Positions 37,519 to 49,666 of a stretch of 54,964 nucleotides of DNA are shown one piece after another. The notes below the pieces were generated by a model that was not told the DNA's origin, made no database searches, and saw nothing but the letters and a program-made list of their open reading frames with translations. Every line of letters begins with the position of its first letter. Position 1 is the first letter of the stretch. The translations under genes were made by a program, and so were the position numbers. The DNA is from Rhizaria sp. SCN 62-66 (taxonomy: Eukaryota): contig MEDY01000364.1 in assembly GCA_001724265.1 (NCBI GenBank), positions 1 to 54,964 on the forward strand, written 5' to 3'.

Positions 37519-40500
37519 ATGAGCAGCTCCGCCCCGGCCTCCTCCATCACAGGCCCACCGCTGCTTACTGCGGTTAGCACCACCGCGTTGAGCTCCTTTT
37601 TTTCTGCGGTGTCCGCGAACGAGCGCAACGCGCTTCTTGCCCCTGCAAGCGCGGCCGCGGTTCATGGTCCCGCCGCTCCTGCTGCCGCTGCCGCAAGTGC
37701 TCCTGTGAGCTCTCTCGCGTCGTCGTCCTCCGCCCCCGCCCAGCAGGCTCCGGCCCCCGGCGACTTGCGCGGCTACTACGACTACATTGCGGCCCTTACA
37801 GCGCGCCTGAACCGTCGCAAGCAGGCGACTGCGGCCGCCGCGAGCGCCGATACCGACAACGGCGACCAGCTCCTCACGTGGGAGGCCTTCATCTCCATCC
37901 TCCCGGGCTCGGCCTCGTTCAACAAGCCCCTCCGAGCTGACTACGACGCCTTCATCCGCGCCGTTGCGCTCTGGCTTGCCGACGAAGAGCACGGCTCCGG
38001 CTTCCTGCTGAGCGCCGCGCACCAGGTCTTCGCGACGCTGACGGCGGCAGTGAGCATCCGCTCCAACCCGGCGTCGATGCGCGCCTCGCTCGAGGCGCTC
38101 CTGGGCAAGACTGCGGACAAGACCTACGCCGACGTCACGGCCGCTGCAGTGAAGCTGAACAAGGCGCGCGACGCGCTGCTGCCTGCCGCCGCGCTCCCCG
38201 GCGCGGACAACGCCTCGCTGCTGCCGGCCGCTCTCGCGCCCGCGCCCTCGGGGCCCGCGCTGAGCACGGAGTTCGGTCAGACCCTGCCCTATAACGACCC
38301 CATCACGAGCTATTTTGCCCCTTTTACCGCTGTGGCCAGCAGTAGCAGCGCCGTCGCTGCTGCCGCTGGGGCGACCACAAACAAGTTCTTCCAGCGCAAC
38401 AACAACGCTAACGCAGGCGCCAATCCACTTCCTTCGTCTGCTGCCGGCTTTGCTGTGGCATCGCGCGTCACTCCGAGCGACTTGCCGAACGAGTTCTTCT
38501 TGTTTGACGCCGACGACAACAACGACGACGACGACTTCTACAACGATGACGCCGCCGCCGCCGATGATGATGACGACGACGACGGTGATGACGACGGCCG
38601 CGTCAACGTCTCTGCCAAGTGGCTGTTGCTCCAGTGCACCCCCCACGCGACGTACTCGGACCAAGGCGACGTCATCATGTCGCCCGCCGCGCTCGCTGAG
38701 GCCGCGCGCGCGCTGCTCGCGTCCGCCCGCGCCGACAATGCCGTGCAGTCGGACCTGGTCGACCTGCTTGGCTTCAGCGCGCTCGACCTGGTCTCGACGC
38801 TCCTCGCGCAGCGTACGCAGATCAAGGAGAGAATTACCGCGTCAGCGCTAGCCGCCGCTGTTGCAGCCGCGAACAAGAGCGCCGCCAGCAGCAGCGGCGA
38901 CGGCGTGTCGGCGATGCGCGGCGCGGCCGCCGACAGCGGCAAGCAGGGCCGTCGCGGCGCCGGGCTGTCGGTCATCAGCCTCGCTGCCAAGGCTGCGGCC
39001 AAGGAACAGGCGCGCCTTGACCGCCGCTTCGCGCGGCTGTCCGAGGCGCGGCCTGGCGCGGCGCCGACGGCGGGCAGCGACGAACGCGCGCAGGCCCGCG
39101 AGCGCGCGCGGCAGGCGCGCAACGAGAGCGTCACGCGCGCGCTCGACGCGTTCCGCGGCACCGCGGCGCTTCTGCCCAGCGGCGGCACCGAGCTGCCCGA
39201 CGGCACTACGCGCACGGTCACTAAGCAGGGCTGGGAGGTCGTGCACGTGCCGCCCCCGGTCACCGAGTCGCTGCCCGACGAGCTGCGCGTGCCCGTCGAG
39301 GCCTTCTCGGAGCTGGTGCGGCCCGCGCTGCGCGGCGTGACCAAGATGAACGCGCTGCAGTCCAAGGTCTTCGAGTGCGCGTATAAGACCAACAATAACA
39401 TGCTCGTGTGCGCGCCGACGGGCGCCGGTAAGACCAACGTGGCGATGATGACTGTGCTGCGTGAAGTGGAGAACAACGTCGAGAACGGCGTCATCAACAA
39501 GAAGGACTTCAAGATCGTCTACGTTGCGCCCATGAAGGCACTTGCGGCCGAAGTCACCGGCAAGTTCGGCAAGGCGCTGGCGCCGCTGGGGATCACGGTG
39601 CGCGAGCTGACGGGCGACATGCAGCTGACCAAGGCCGAGATCGCGGCGACGCAGATGATCGTGACGACACCTGAGAAGTGGGATGTCATGACGCGCAAGG
39701 CCTCGGACGGCTCGCTGATCCAGATGGTGCGCCTGCTCATCATCGACGAGGTACACCTGCTGCACGAGGAGCGCGGGCCTGTGCTCGAAATCCTCGTCGC
39801 GCGCACACAGCGCAACATCGAGACGTCTCAGCAGCTCTGCCGCATCGTCGGTCTCTCGGCCACGCTGCCCAACTACAAAGACGTCGGTGTCTTCCTGGGC
39901 GTCAATGAGAAGACCGGGCTGTTCCACTTCGACGGCCGCTATCGCCCCGTGCCGCTGGACCAGTACTACATCGGCGTCTCGGCGCCCAGTCACGTGCTGC
40001 GCATTAAGGAGATGAACGACGTCACGTACGTCAAGTGCGCCGAGTCGCTCGCCAACTTGAACCAGGTCATGGTGTTCGTCTTCTCGCGCAACGAAACTTC
40101 CAAGGTCGCCGAGGCGCTCTACGCCACCGCGATCGCCTAGAAGACGTACGAGACGCTCTTCTCCAACGGTTCCATCTCCAACCGGTCTGACTTCCTCCGC
40201 CGCGCGCAGGCCGCCGCGTCGTCCCCAGGGCTGTTTCGGCTGCTCTCGCTCGGCTTCGGCATCCACCACGCGGGCATGACGCGCGTGGAGCGCGCGTTCG
40301 TCGAGCAGGCGTTCATGAAGGGCGAGATCGCGGTGCTGGTGTGCACGTCCACGCTCGCGTGGGGCGTGAACCTGCCCGCGCACACCGTCATCCTGCGCGG
40401 CACGCAGATCTACGACCCCAAGCGCGGTGGCCACACCGACGTCGGCATGCTCGACGTCATGCAGATCTTCGGCCGCGCCGGCCGCCCGCAGTTCGACAAG

Positions 40501-43500
40501 AGCGGTGAGGCGTTCCTCATCACGACCAAGAACAAGATCCCGCACTATCTGGGCCTGCTCTGCGCCGCGGCCCCGATCGAGAGCCAGATGATCAAGTCGC
40601 TGCCCGATCACCTCAACGCCGAGATCATTCTTGGCACCGTGACCAACCTGCGCGAGGTATGTTCGATTTACTTTCCGGAAGCAAAACAAATCCGTGTTTG
40701 TTTGACTGTTTTTTATTTATTTAAATATTTATCCACAAATCAACTTATTTTAACTCATACTTCCGACGATTTTTCTCATTGTATTTCTCTAGGCTGAGGT
40801 GTGGTTGACATACACGTACCTGTACGTGCGCATGCTGCGCAACCCTACTGCGTACGGCGTGGCCCTGGAGGACATCCAGAGCGACCCGATGCTGACGCTG
40901 CACCGGCGCACGCTGATCCTCAACGCCGCCAAGGAGCTGATGCAGTGCCGCATGATTAAGTTTGACTTCCAGAGCGGCAACTTCTTCCCCACCGACGTCG
41001 GCCGCGTCGCGTCGCTGTACTACATCCACCACATGTCGGTCGACACTTACAACCACTTGCTGCAGCCGTTCATGACCGACGAGCAGATCTTGGACCTGAT
41101 CGCGCATTCGCGCGAGTTCTCGCAGCTCCAGGTCCGCAACGAAGAAGTGCCGATTCTGCTTGAGTACAAGGAGAAGCACTGTCCGTACGCCGTCATGGGC
41201 GACAACACCTCGTTCGTTGCCAAGGCCAACATCCTGCTGCAGTGCTACATCAGCAACGCGCCCATCACCAGCGCCACGCTCGTTGCTGACTCGTACTACG
41301 TGCAGCAGTCGGCGGGCCGCATCGCGCGCGCGCTGTTCGAGATGGTCATCCGCCGCGGCCGCTCCTACCTCGCGGCCAAACTGCTGGAGTTCTGCAAGAT
41401 GATCGACCGCCGCCAATGGGCGACGCAGCATCCGCTGCGCCAGTTCCCCAACGCCAAGCTGCCGTTCGCGCGCCTCGAGGCGCAGGGCATGTGGCTCGAC
41501 GAGCTGATCGAGTGCGACAACCTCGACTTTGTGCTCAACTCGGCCGACGGCAAGGCCGCCGCGCGGTGTCGCACGCTGCTGGGGCAGGTGCCGTGGCTTG
41601 ATGTGCGCACCACCGCGCAGCCGCTTACCCGCGACGTGCTGCGCGTGTCGATCTCGCTCGCCGGCGCGTTTAACTGGGACGACAGGGTCCACGTACGTCT
41701 TGTCAAATATTACCAAACGCAAAACAACGCTGTTTGAGCTGAAATCTTATCTTATCGACACAAATATTGCGAACATCTCTAATTTCTACGGTATCTTTTT
41801 ATTTTCCTGTGCAATTTTCTTCATTACAGGGCCACGCGGAGCCGTGGTGGGTGTGGATCGAGGACACGGACAGCGAACACATCTACCACTACGAATACTT
41901 CCAGCTGGAGAAGACGGGCGCGAGCGAAGAGCACAAACTCACCTTCACGATCCCGATCTTCGACCCGATGCCGTCGCAGTACGTCATCCGCGTCATCTCT
42001 GACCGCTGGCTGGGCTCGGACCTGGTGCTGCCGCTGAGCTTCAAGTCGCTGCTTCTGCCGGAGCAACACCCGCCGCACACGGACCTGCTCAAACTGAACC
42101 CGTTGCCCGTGACGGCGCTGCAGGACCCGGCCGCGGAGAGCCTGTTCAAGCACAAATTCACGCACTTCAACCCGATCCAGACGCAGGCATTCCACACGCT
42201 GTACCACAGCGACGAGAACGTGCTGCTGGGCGCGCCGACCGGCTCCGGCAAGACCATCATCGCCGAGCTGGCGATCCTTCGCGCGCTGCGCATGTACCCG
42301 GGCCGCAAGGTGGTATACATCGCCCCGATGAAGGCCCTCGCGCGCGAGCGCATGGACGACTGGTCCAGCGGGCGCTCGCTGTCGTCTTCGCTGCTTAACT
42401 GCAAGGTCATCGAGCTGACCGGAGACGTGTCGCCGGACCCGCGCGACCTGCGCGCCGCGGATCTCCTGATCACGACGCCCGAGAAGTGGGACGGCGTGTC
42501 GCGCAACTGGCACGCGCGCGAGTACGTGTCCTCGGTCAGCCTCGTCATCATCGACGAAATTCACCTCCTGGGTCAGGACCGCGGCCCCGTGCTCGAGGTC
42601 ATCGTCTCGCGCATGCGCTACATCGCGGCGCAGACGGCGGCCACGGTGCGCGTCGTCGGGCTCTCGACGGCGCTGGCGAACGCGCGCGACCTGGCCGACT
42701 GGCTGGGCATCGAGCCGCGCGGTCTGTTCAACTTCCACCCCGTCATGCGGCCGGTGCCGCTGACCATCTACGTCTCCGGCTTCCCTGGCAAGTTCTACTG
42801 CCCGCGCATGGCGACAATGAACAAGCCCACCTACGCGGCCATCTGCACGCACTCGCCGTCGAAGCCGACGCTGGTCTTCGTGTCGTCCCGTCGCCAGACG
42901 CGCCTGACCGGGCTCGACCTCGTCTCGTTCGCCGCCGCCGACGGGCAGCCGCGGCGCTTCCTGCGCATCGACAGCGACGACGAGCTCGAATATGTGCTGG
43001 CCAAGGTCAAGGACGCCAGTCTGCGCCACCTGCTGTCGTTCGGCATCGGGCTCCACCACGCCGGGCTGCCCGCGTCTGACCGCTCGCTGGTCGAGGACTT
43101 GTTCGTGCGGCAAAAGATCCTCGTGCTCATCTGCACGGCCACGCTCGCGTGGGGTGTGAACCTGCCCGCGCACCTCGTCGTCATCAAGGGCACCGAGTAC
43201 TTCGACGCCAAGCTCAACCGCTACGTCGACTTCCCCATCACGGACGTGCTGCAGATGATGGGCCGCGCCGGCCGTCCTCAGTACGACACAGAAGGGAAGG
43301 CGTGCATCTTGGTGCATGAGCCCAAGAAGCCGTTCTACCACAAGTTCTTGCACTCGCCATTCCCGGTCGAGTCTTCGCTGCACGAGCAGCTGCACAACCA
43401 CCTCAACGCCGAGGTCGCGGCGGGCAGCATCGCCTCCGTGGCCGACGCCGTCGACTGGCTGTCGTGGACCTTCTACTTCCGCCGCCTGCTCATCAACCCG

Positions 43501-45545
43501 TCCTACTACGGGCTCGACGACGCCACGCCCGCGGGCGCCAAGGCGCACCTGCTGCGGCTCATCCGCGCCACGCTGCGCGACTTGCAGGCCGCACAGTGCG
43601 TCGTGCTCGACGCCGACGCCGCCGGCACCAGCGCCAACAGCGCGGGGGAAGCCTCGGCGGCCGGTGCCGTCGAGACGACCTCGCTCGGCGCCATCGCGGC
43701 CTACTACTACCTGCACTACAAGACGATCGCGCTCTTCTGCCAGCGGCTGTCGCCGCAGTCGTCGCTGCAGGCGCTGCTCGACGCCGTGTGCCGCGCGCAG
43801 GAGTACGCCGAGATGCCCGTGCGCCACAACGAAGACGTGATGAACGGGGACATGATCAAGCTGCTGCGCGACTGGCCGCTCAACCCCGCGGAGGCGGGCG
43901 AGGCGCATGTCAAGACCAGCATCCTCTTCCAGGTACATTACTCAGCTATATTTGTCGATGTTTGTCTTGATTTACCTCAAAGCACACAAAATCATTTTAT
44001 TATATTTTCATTAAATGGCATCTCACAATTATCAATTGTTTTGTTTTGTTTTTCTCTTTTCAGGCGCGCTGGGCGGGTCTGCCGCTGCCGATCTCGGACT
44101 ACCTGACCGACACCAAGTCCGCGCTGGACCAGTGCTCGCGCATCCTGCACGCGCTCGTTGACATCACGGCCGACGCGGGCTGGCTGGGCTGCTCGCTGCG
44201 CGCCGCAACGCTGATGCAGTCGGTGGTGCAGGGCCAGTGGACCTGGGCCTCGCCGTTCGCCTCGGTTGCCGCCGCCGCGGGCATCCCCCGCGGCGCTGTG
44301 CCGCGCGTCACGCGCGCGCTCGTCCGGACCGTTACCGCGGGCGCCCATGGTGCCAGTGCGCGCGTGTGGGTCGGCGCGGGCCCCCGCGTGGCGCCGTCGG
44401 TGCTCCGCAAGCGCACGCGCGCCAGCCGCCGCGTCCAGCACGGCGAGGTCGAGGGCGGCGCGCTCGCCGCCGCCGACGGCTCTAGCTCCAACACGACTGC
44501 TGGCGAGGGCCAGGGCCAGGGCGAGGGCGAGGGCAAGGACGGGAAGCACAACCAGCACAGTGACGACAGTGAGGGCGAGCAGATCGACGACGAGTTCGAC
44601 GGCGACGACTCCGCCGCCGGCGTCACGCTCGCGTCCCTCTTTGCGCTGGCCCCGTCGGACGTCGGCGACGTCGTGTTTAACGCGCTGACCAACAGCAGCA
44701 GCAACAGCGGCGGCCGCCGGCCCCGACGCCAGCACGGCCGCCCCCGCGGCGGCGCATCGGCCCTGCCGGGCCAGGGCGACGACGACGACTACGAGCAGCT
44801 GGATCACGACCGGCGCAGCGTGAGCGCGGGCGAGGCCGAGCGCATGGCCACGGCGTTCGCGACTGTGGTCGCGTGCCTGCCGCGCGTCGACGTTGTGCTC
44901 GCGCCGGGCAGCGACTGGGTGAGCGGCACTGGCAAGACTGCTGTTGCTGCTGCGCGCAAAAGCGAGAACCCTGACTCAAGCAAGAGCAAGAATAGCAAGA
45001 GCAAGAACAGGAACAGCAACAACAACCAGGGTAAGGATAGCAAGAGCAAGAACTCTGCGAAGAACAGCTCTACAACGACTGGCGCTGACGACAGCGACTC
45101 TGACGCCGACGAGACAACAGACTCTGGGCCGAACAACACTGGCTCCAGCGCGCGTGCCGCCGGCGTGCCGCGCGTCAGTGGGACCACCGTCCGCGTCGGC
45201 CTCTGCCGCCTCAACGCCTGGGTGCCGCTCTCTTCCACCCACGGCGGCACCGGCGGGGGCGCGAGCAGCGGCCGCGCGGCGGCGCTGGCGGCCTTGCGCA
45301 GCGCGGAGCCGGCTAAGGTGATGGGCCCGCGCGACGTCAAGGTCAAGCGCGAGGGCTGGTGGGTGTTCATCGGCCGCGACGACAGCGACGAGCTCTACGC
45401 TGTCAAGCGCGTCACCATCGGGCTGCGCAGGCAAGTAGTCGCGCTGGAGCTCGGCGAGGGCGCGGCCAAGGGCAGGTATACCGCGTATTTGGTGTCAGAC
45501 TGCTACTTGGGGTTGGACCAGCGTCTCGAGTTTGAACTCATCTAA
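37519..45545 (+). CDS. ASCC3: Ski2-like tandem-cassette helicase ASCC3/Slh1; exons 37519-40656, 40793-41692, 41830-43932, 44064-45545; one in-frame TAG; ~2540 aa
   Basis: Two helicase cassettes (APTGAGKTNVA, DEVH, GLSATLPN, HHAGM, QIFGRAGRPQFD; APTGSGKT, DEIH, FPGKFYCPRMATMNKP, QMMGRAGRPQYD) plus Sec63-like ends (SDRWLG, SDCYLGLDQ). QIFGRAGRPQFD and YCPRM favour ASCC3 over Brr2. TAG at 40138; ends in TAA. Confidence 0.92.
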
Positions 45546-46890
45546 GTTGGGATCAAGCGGATGACACACACACATACGCGTTATTTGATTATTCAGCAAG
45601 TTGTTTGCTTGCTATCCTATTTTCATCGAGATGATAGCAGACGAAATAAATGAATTTATGATTCTACCCGAAGGCGTGAGAGAAGAACTGCACATGGATG
45701 TGACATGAACAGCCGATAGGTAGCAGTTGCGTCGCTATGTAAGATAAGCTTAACAACAATTATAATGAACATGAATGTATTGCTGATTCGTTGAGCGATT
45801 AGTGTGACTAGTTAAACTCTCATACGAAATAAAATCAACTTAGCAATATGAAAATACACGTAGACAAGATTGATGAATGCGATAATTATTGATGTTTGTT
45901 GTTAGCAGAAACAAGACAAGAGAAGACCAGACAGCACACACTAAACTTATAACATCATTTAAACAGGTAGTTTTGTGAGTAGGATGGCGGAAGCAAGACT
46001 TTCTGTCTTACAAATAAACTACAATCAATGTTATTGCTGGTCACGCATCACACTTGGTGCTACAACTGCTGTTGATACGTACGGATATCAGGTGCTGCTG
46101 TCTCACACTGTTGCTGTCTTTGATATTCCATGAATGTCGTACTTTTGTTACAAAGGTGAGACGGGATTGTAATACCGCCGATTCGATAAGTTGAATGCAC
46201 AAGGAGTTGTGTTTCAACAAAATAGAACGGAAACGTAGTACAAGTCCGAGTCAGTACCCGTGACAGAACATAAACGACACCATACGGACTCATAACACAA
46301 TTTTCAGAGAGAGAGGAACGAGACGTGACGTCAGAACGCGAGAGAAACAGTGCTGTAGAAAAACGTGCAAGAGATGAAGAGCATCAACAAAAAAAGAGAC
46401 TACTGTAGGATAAAATGTGTTGATTCAAACAAACATGAAACACAAGAACACTCGGTTTGAAAAGAGACTTATAAGCAAAGTGATGACAACGATGATCACA
46501 ACGACAAATATTGATGGAGAGCGGAACTCCAACAACAATAGCATCAATAACGTAAGACAGAAGAAAGAATACGACAACTCACAAATCGGGGAGGGAATGT
46601 AGAACGAGGAGATCATACTAGTGCGTATAAGAACGAACACGAAAATAAATATATGAACAAAATGACTTAAGAAAAAAAAGAAAATTACAAGATAATGGTG
46701 AAATAAACAGTTGACTACATGTAGCTGAGCGTTGACAATCAAGCACAATTGTTATTTCACCGTGAACAGGACAAAAAAAGGAGTAATCTGGATACCTATA
46801 AAGTTAATGAGCAAAGATAAACACAATACAACACCGTATGTTGTTTGTTTTATCCACATTTTTGACTAATCGAAGAAGGATAGCAACAAA

Positions 46891-46971
46891 TTACCGGTAC
46901 ATGGCCCAATACGGCATCTTTTGCTGTTGCTGCTGTTGCGCCGGTTGTTGTTGCTGCTGTTGTTGTTGTTG

Positions 46972-47002
<31 letters not shown>

Positions 47003-49218
47003 TGCATTGTCACTTGCGCCTGCTGTTGTTGCTGCTGCTGTTGCCTCTGCCGCTGCTGCTCAGCCTGCTGCTGTTGTTGTTGCTGTTGCTGCTGAAACAT
47101 CTGCTGCTGTTGCTGCTGCTGTTGCTGTAACTGTTGTTGTTGCAACTGAAATTGCAGCCCACCAACATGCTGCTGTTGCTGCTCGTGCTGCTGTTGACCA
47201 TGGCTAAGCTGACGAGACTGCGGAAGACCGGTGTTCAGGTCGCTCGCCGCACGCATGAGCCCGGCATGCCCGTGTCCGATACCATGGACGTTGTTGTTCC
47301 CGTCGTTCAGCGCAAAGTTTAGCCCATACGTGTCAGCGTTGCCGCCGGCATTGTTCGCATTGCCAAGATTGCTGCTGTCCACGTTGCCAATGCCATTGCT
47401 GCCAAACCCGTTGGCGAGCGTCAGAGGTGCCGTGAGGTTCAAGTGCTGATACTCACCACCGGCGCCCGCAGTCGCGCCGCCGCCGCCACCGAGGCCGAGC
47501 TGGTTCTGGTGGCTGTGGTGCCCGTGGCCGTGGCCGTGCAGGTGGCCGTGAGCACTGTGCGGGTTCTGGTGACTGCCGCCGTAGCCGCCCAGCCCCAGCC
47601 CCAAGCCGCCAAGCCCGACACCGGCGCTGGCGCCAGAGCTGGCGCTGTTGCCGCCGAGCCCGAGACCGCCCAGCCCGCCCAGCCCGAGGCCGAGGCCGCC
47701 GGTCGACGCCGCGGTGCCCGGGACGGCGCCGGCGTCACTGCTCAGGCCGTACGCGCCAAGGACGCCACCGGCGTTACCGTTACTGCTGCTGCTGATGTTG
47801 GCGTGCGGATAGGTGCCGTTGCTGAGTCCTGAGGGGGCGTACGCGCCGTAGCCCATGCTATTGGCGTTGTTACTCGCGGAACTCGCACCAGCGCCAGCGG
47901 CCATGCCGCCGAAGCCGAGATTCAACCCCTGGTTGTTGGTATTGCTGTTGCTGGGATTTGAATTAGTCATAAATCCAGTGTGACCGAGACCAAGACCAGG
48001 AGCCCCTCCGGCGCTGTTGTTGCCGTTGTTGTTTGTAGCACTGCCGTAGTGAGAACCCATACCATAGCCGAGATTGATGCCGCCACCGTTACTGGTGATG
48101 TTGCTGTTGCTATAAGTCCCGAAACCACCCTGTGACGACGGATCGAAGAACGATCCAAACGACGTCAGGCCGCCGACAGAAGTCATGCCGCCGACGGAAG
48201 TTTGGCCGCCAATGGTGCCGATGGTATTGCTGTTGCTGCTCGCGCCAACAGTCGCACCTCCCAAGTGCGATGAGTAGCGGTGCGTGTTGTGCGCGTTGTT
48301 GGCACTGTAGTTGCTGCCACTACCAGCATCAATGCTGCCAGCCATGCCGGGGTTGTTGGGGTCAAGCGAGCCAAACGCGCCAGAGTTCGCAATGTTGCTG
48401 TTGTTGCTGTTACCGGTGAACATGCCTGCGCCAAAGCCGGCGTTGTTGTTCGTGTTCGCGCTGTTGTTGGCAGTCGTGAAGTCGCCAGGAAGCATCCCGT
48501 TGTTGTTGCCGCCAAACAGGTTCGGACCCATGATGCTGCTGCCGACCTGAGGCATCGAGCCCAGGCCAGACAGTGCGCCGTTGCCGTGCGCATTCGCGCC
48601 GGTGTTGTTGGCGTTGCTGTTGAGGTGCAGCTCGAGGTCGAGCCCCAGACCGAGACCGATGTCGCCGAGTCCTCCGAGCCCGTCCACCGCGGTGTTGCCC
48701 AGGAGGTTCGCGTTCACGTTGCCGCTGCTGCTGTTCGCAAGCATGGTGTTATTCGCGTTCGCGTTGCTGCCGCTGCCGCTGCTGTTGTTGTTCGCGGCGG
48801 AGAAATCGGCCGCGTCTGCGAGCGGCCCGTCAAGCGAGCCCTCACTGCCGGTGGCCCACCATGGCGCGGCGAAGCTGCCCACCGCCGCATCCGCGCCCGG
48901 GCCGGCGCCGACGGTCACGCTGGCGTTCGCGCCGTGCGCCGCGTCGCCTCCGTTCGCGTCGATGTTGGTGGCGATCGTCGCGGTCGTGGTGGGTGGGGTC
49001 GTTGTCGGGCTCGACGTGGAGACCGCGACAGTGGCGGCGGAGGCGACGGGGACGAGACCGCTTCCAGCATTCGCAGTTGCAGTTGCAGTCGCGTTCGAGG
49101 CGGAAGGCGTGGCGGCGGTGCTGCTACTGGTCGGAGTGCTCGCATTAGCGTTGGCGTTGGTGCTGCCAAAGACGGGAGTGAGGCCACTTGCGCTGCCGCT
49201 GCCGCTGCCGCTGCCGCG

Positions 49219-49251
<33 letters not shown>

Positions 49252-49633
49252 TGCGCCAGTGCCAGCGCCAGTGCCAGAGGAGCTGGAGCTAGCGGCAGAG
49301 CTGTTGCTTCCGCGGCCACCAGCGCCAGGGAGCTGCGACTGTTGCGCGAGCTGCGCTTGCAGCGGCGAGCCATACTGACTGCTGCGCGCGCCCAGCGACG
49401 CCGATGTCCCCGCCGCCGTGGCCGCGGAGTGGCTGTGCGCGAGGTGCGGGTTGCGGCTCGAGAACTGCAGCGGCGTCGGCGACAGGCTCAGCGCGCTCGC
49501 GCCCGCACCCGCGCCCGAGGCGGCCGAGAAGGACGACGAGTGGCCGTGCGCAGGCGGAGTCGGCGGAGCCAGGTGCTTGGGAAGCTGGGACAGCGACGAC
49601 GGTGACGTTTGCTGCTGCTGCTGAGACTGCTGC

Positions 49634-49666
<33 letters not shown>

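Noticed and set aside
40105-40140. 36-nt GT...TAG mini-intron that would remove the ASCC3 TAG in frame
   Set aside because: Donor GTCGCC is unlike the 15 real donors, the segment is GC-rich with no pyrimidine tract, it is far below the 131-213 nt intron range, and it would delete a conserved helix after motif IV.
13681-40140. Pyrrolysine insertion or UAG-to-UGG editing
   Set aside because: No pyl genes are visible and pyrrolysine is not known in eukaryotes; most TAG sites are in polar or low-complexity contexts unsuited to Trp. Editing is not formally excluded without RNA data.
41824-43938. Long antisense and alternate-frame ORFs (704 aa here; also 161-1951, 6310-7689, 38848-40689, 48280-49605)
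   Set aside because: Shadows of GC-rich coding sequence; Arg/Ala/Gly-rich with no motifs and overlapping well-supported genes.
12325-45545. Pseudogene explanation for the TAG-containing genes
   Set aside because: Four unrelated genes, no frameshifts, no internal TAA/TGA and intact catalytic motifs; random decay would not yield TAG only.
37519-45545. Brr2/SNRNP200 assignment for the helicase
   Set aside because: QIFGRAGRPQFD, FYCPRMATMNKP and an intact DEIH/GKT in the second cassette fit ASCC3/Slh1 better.
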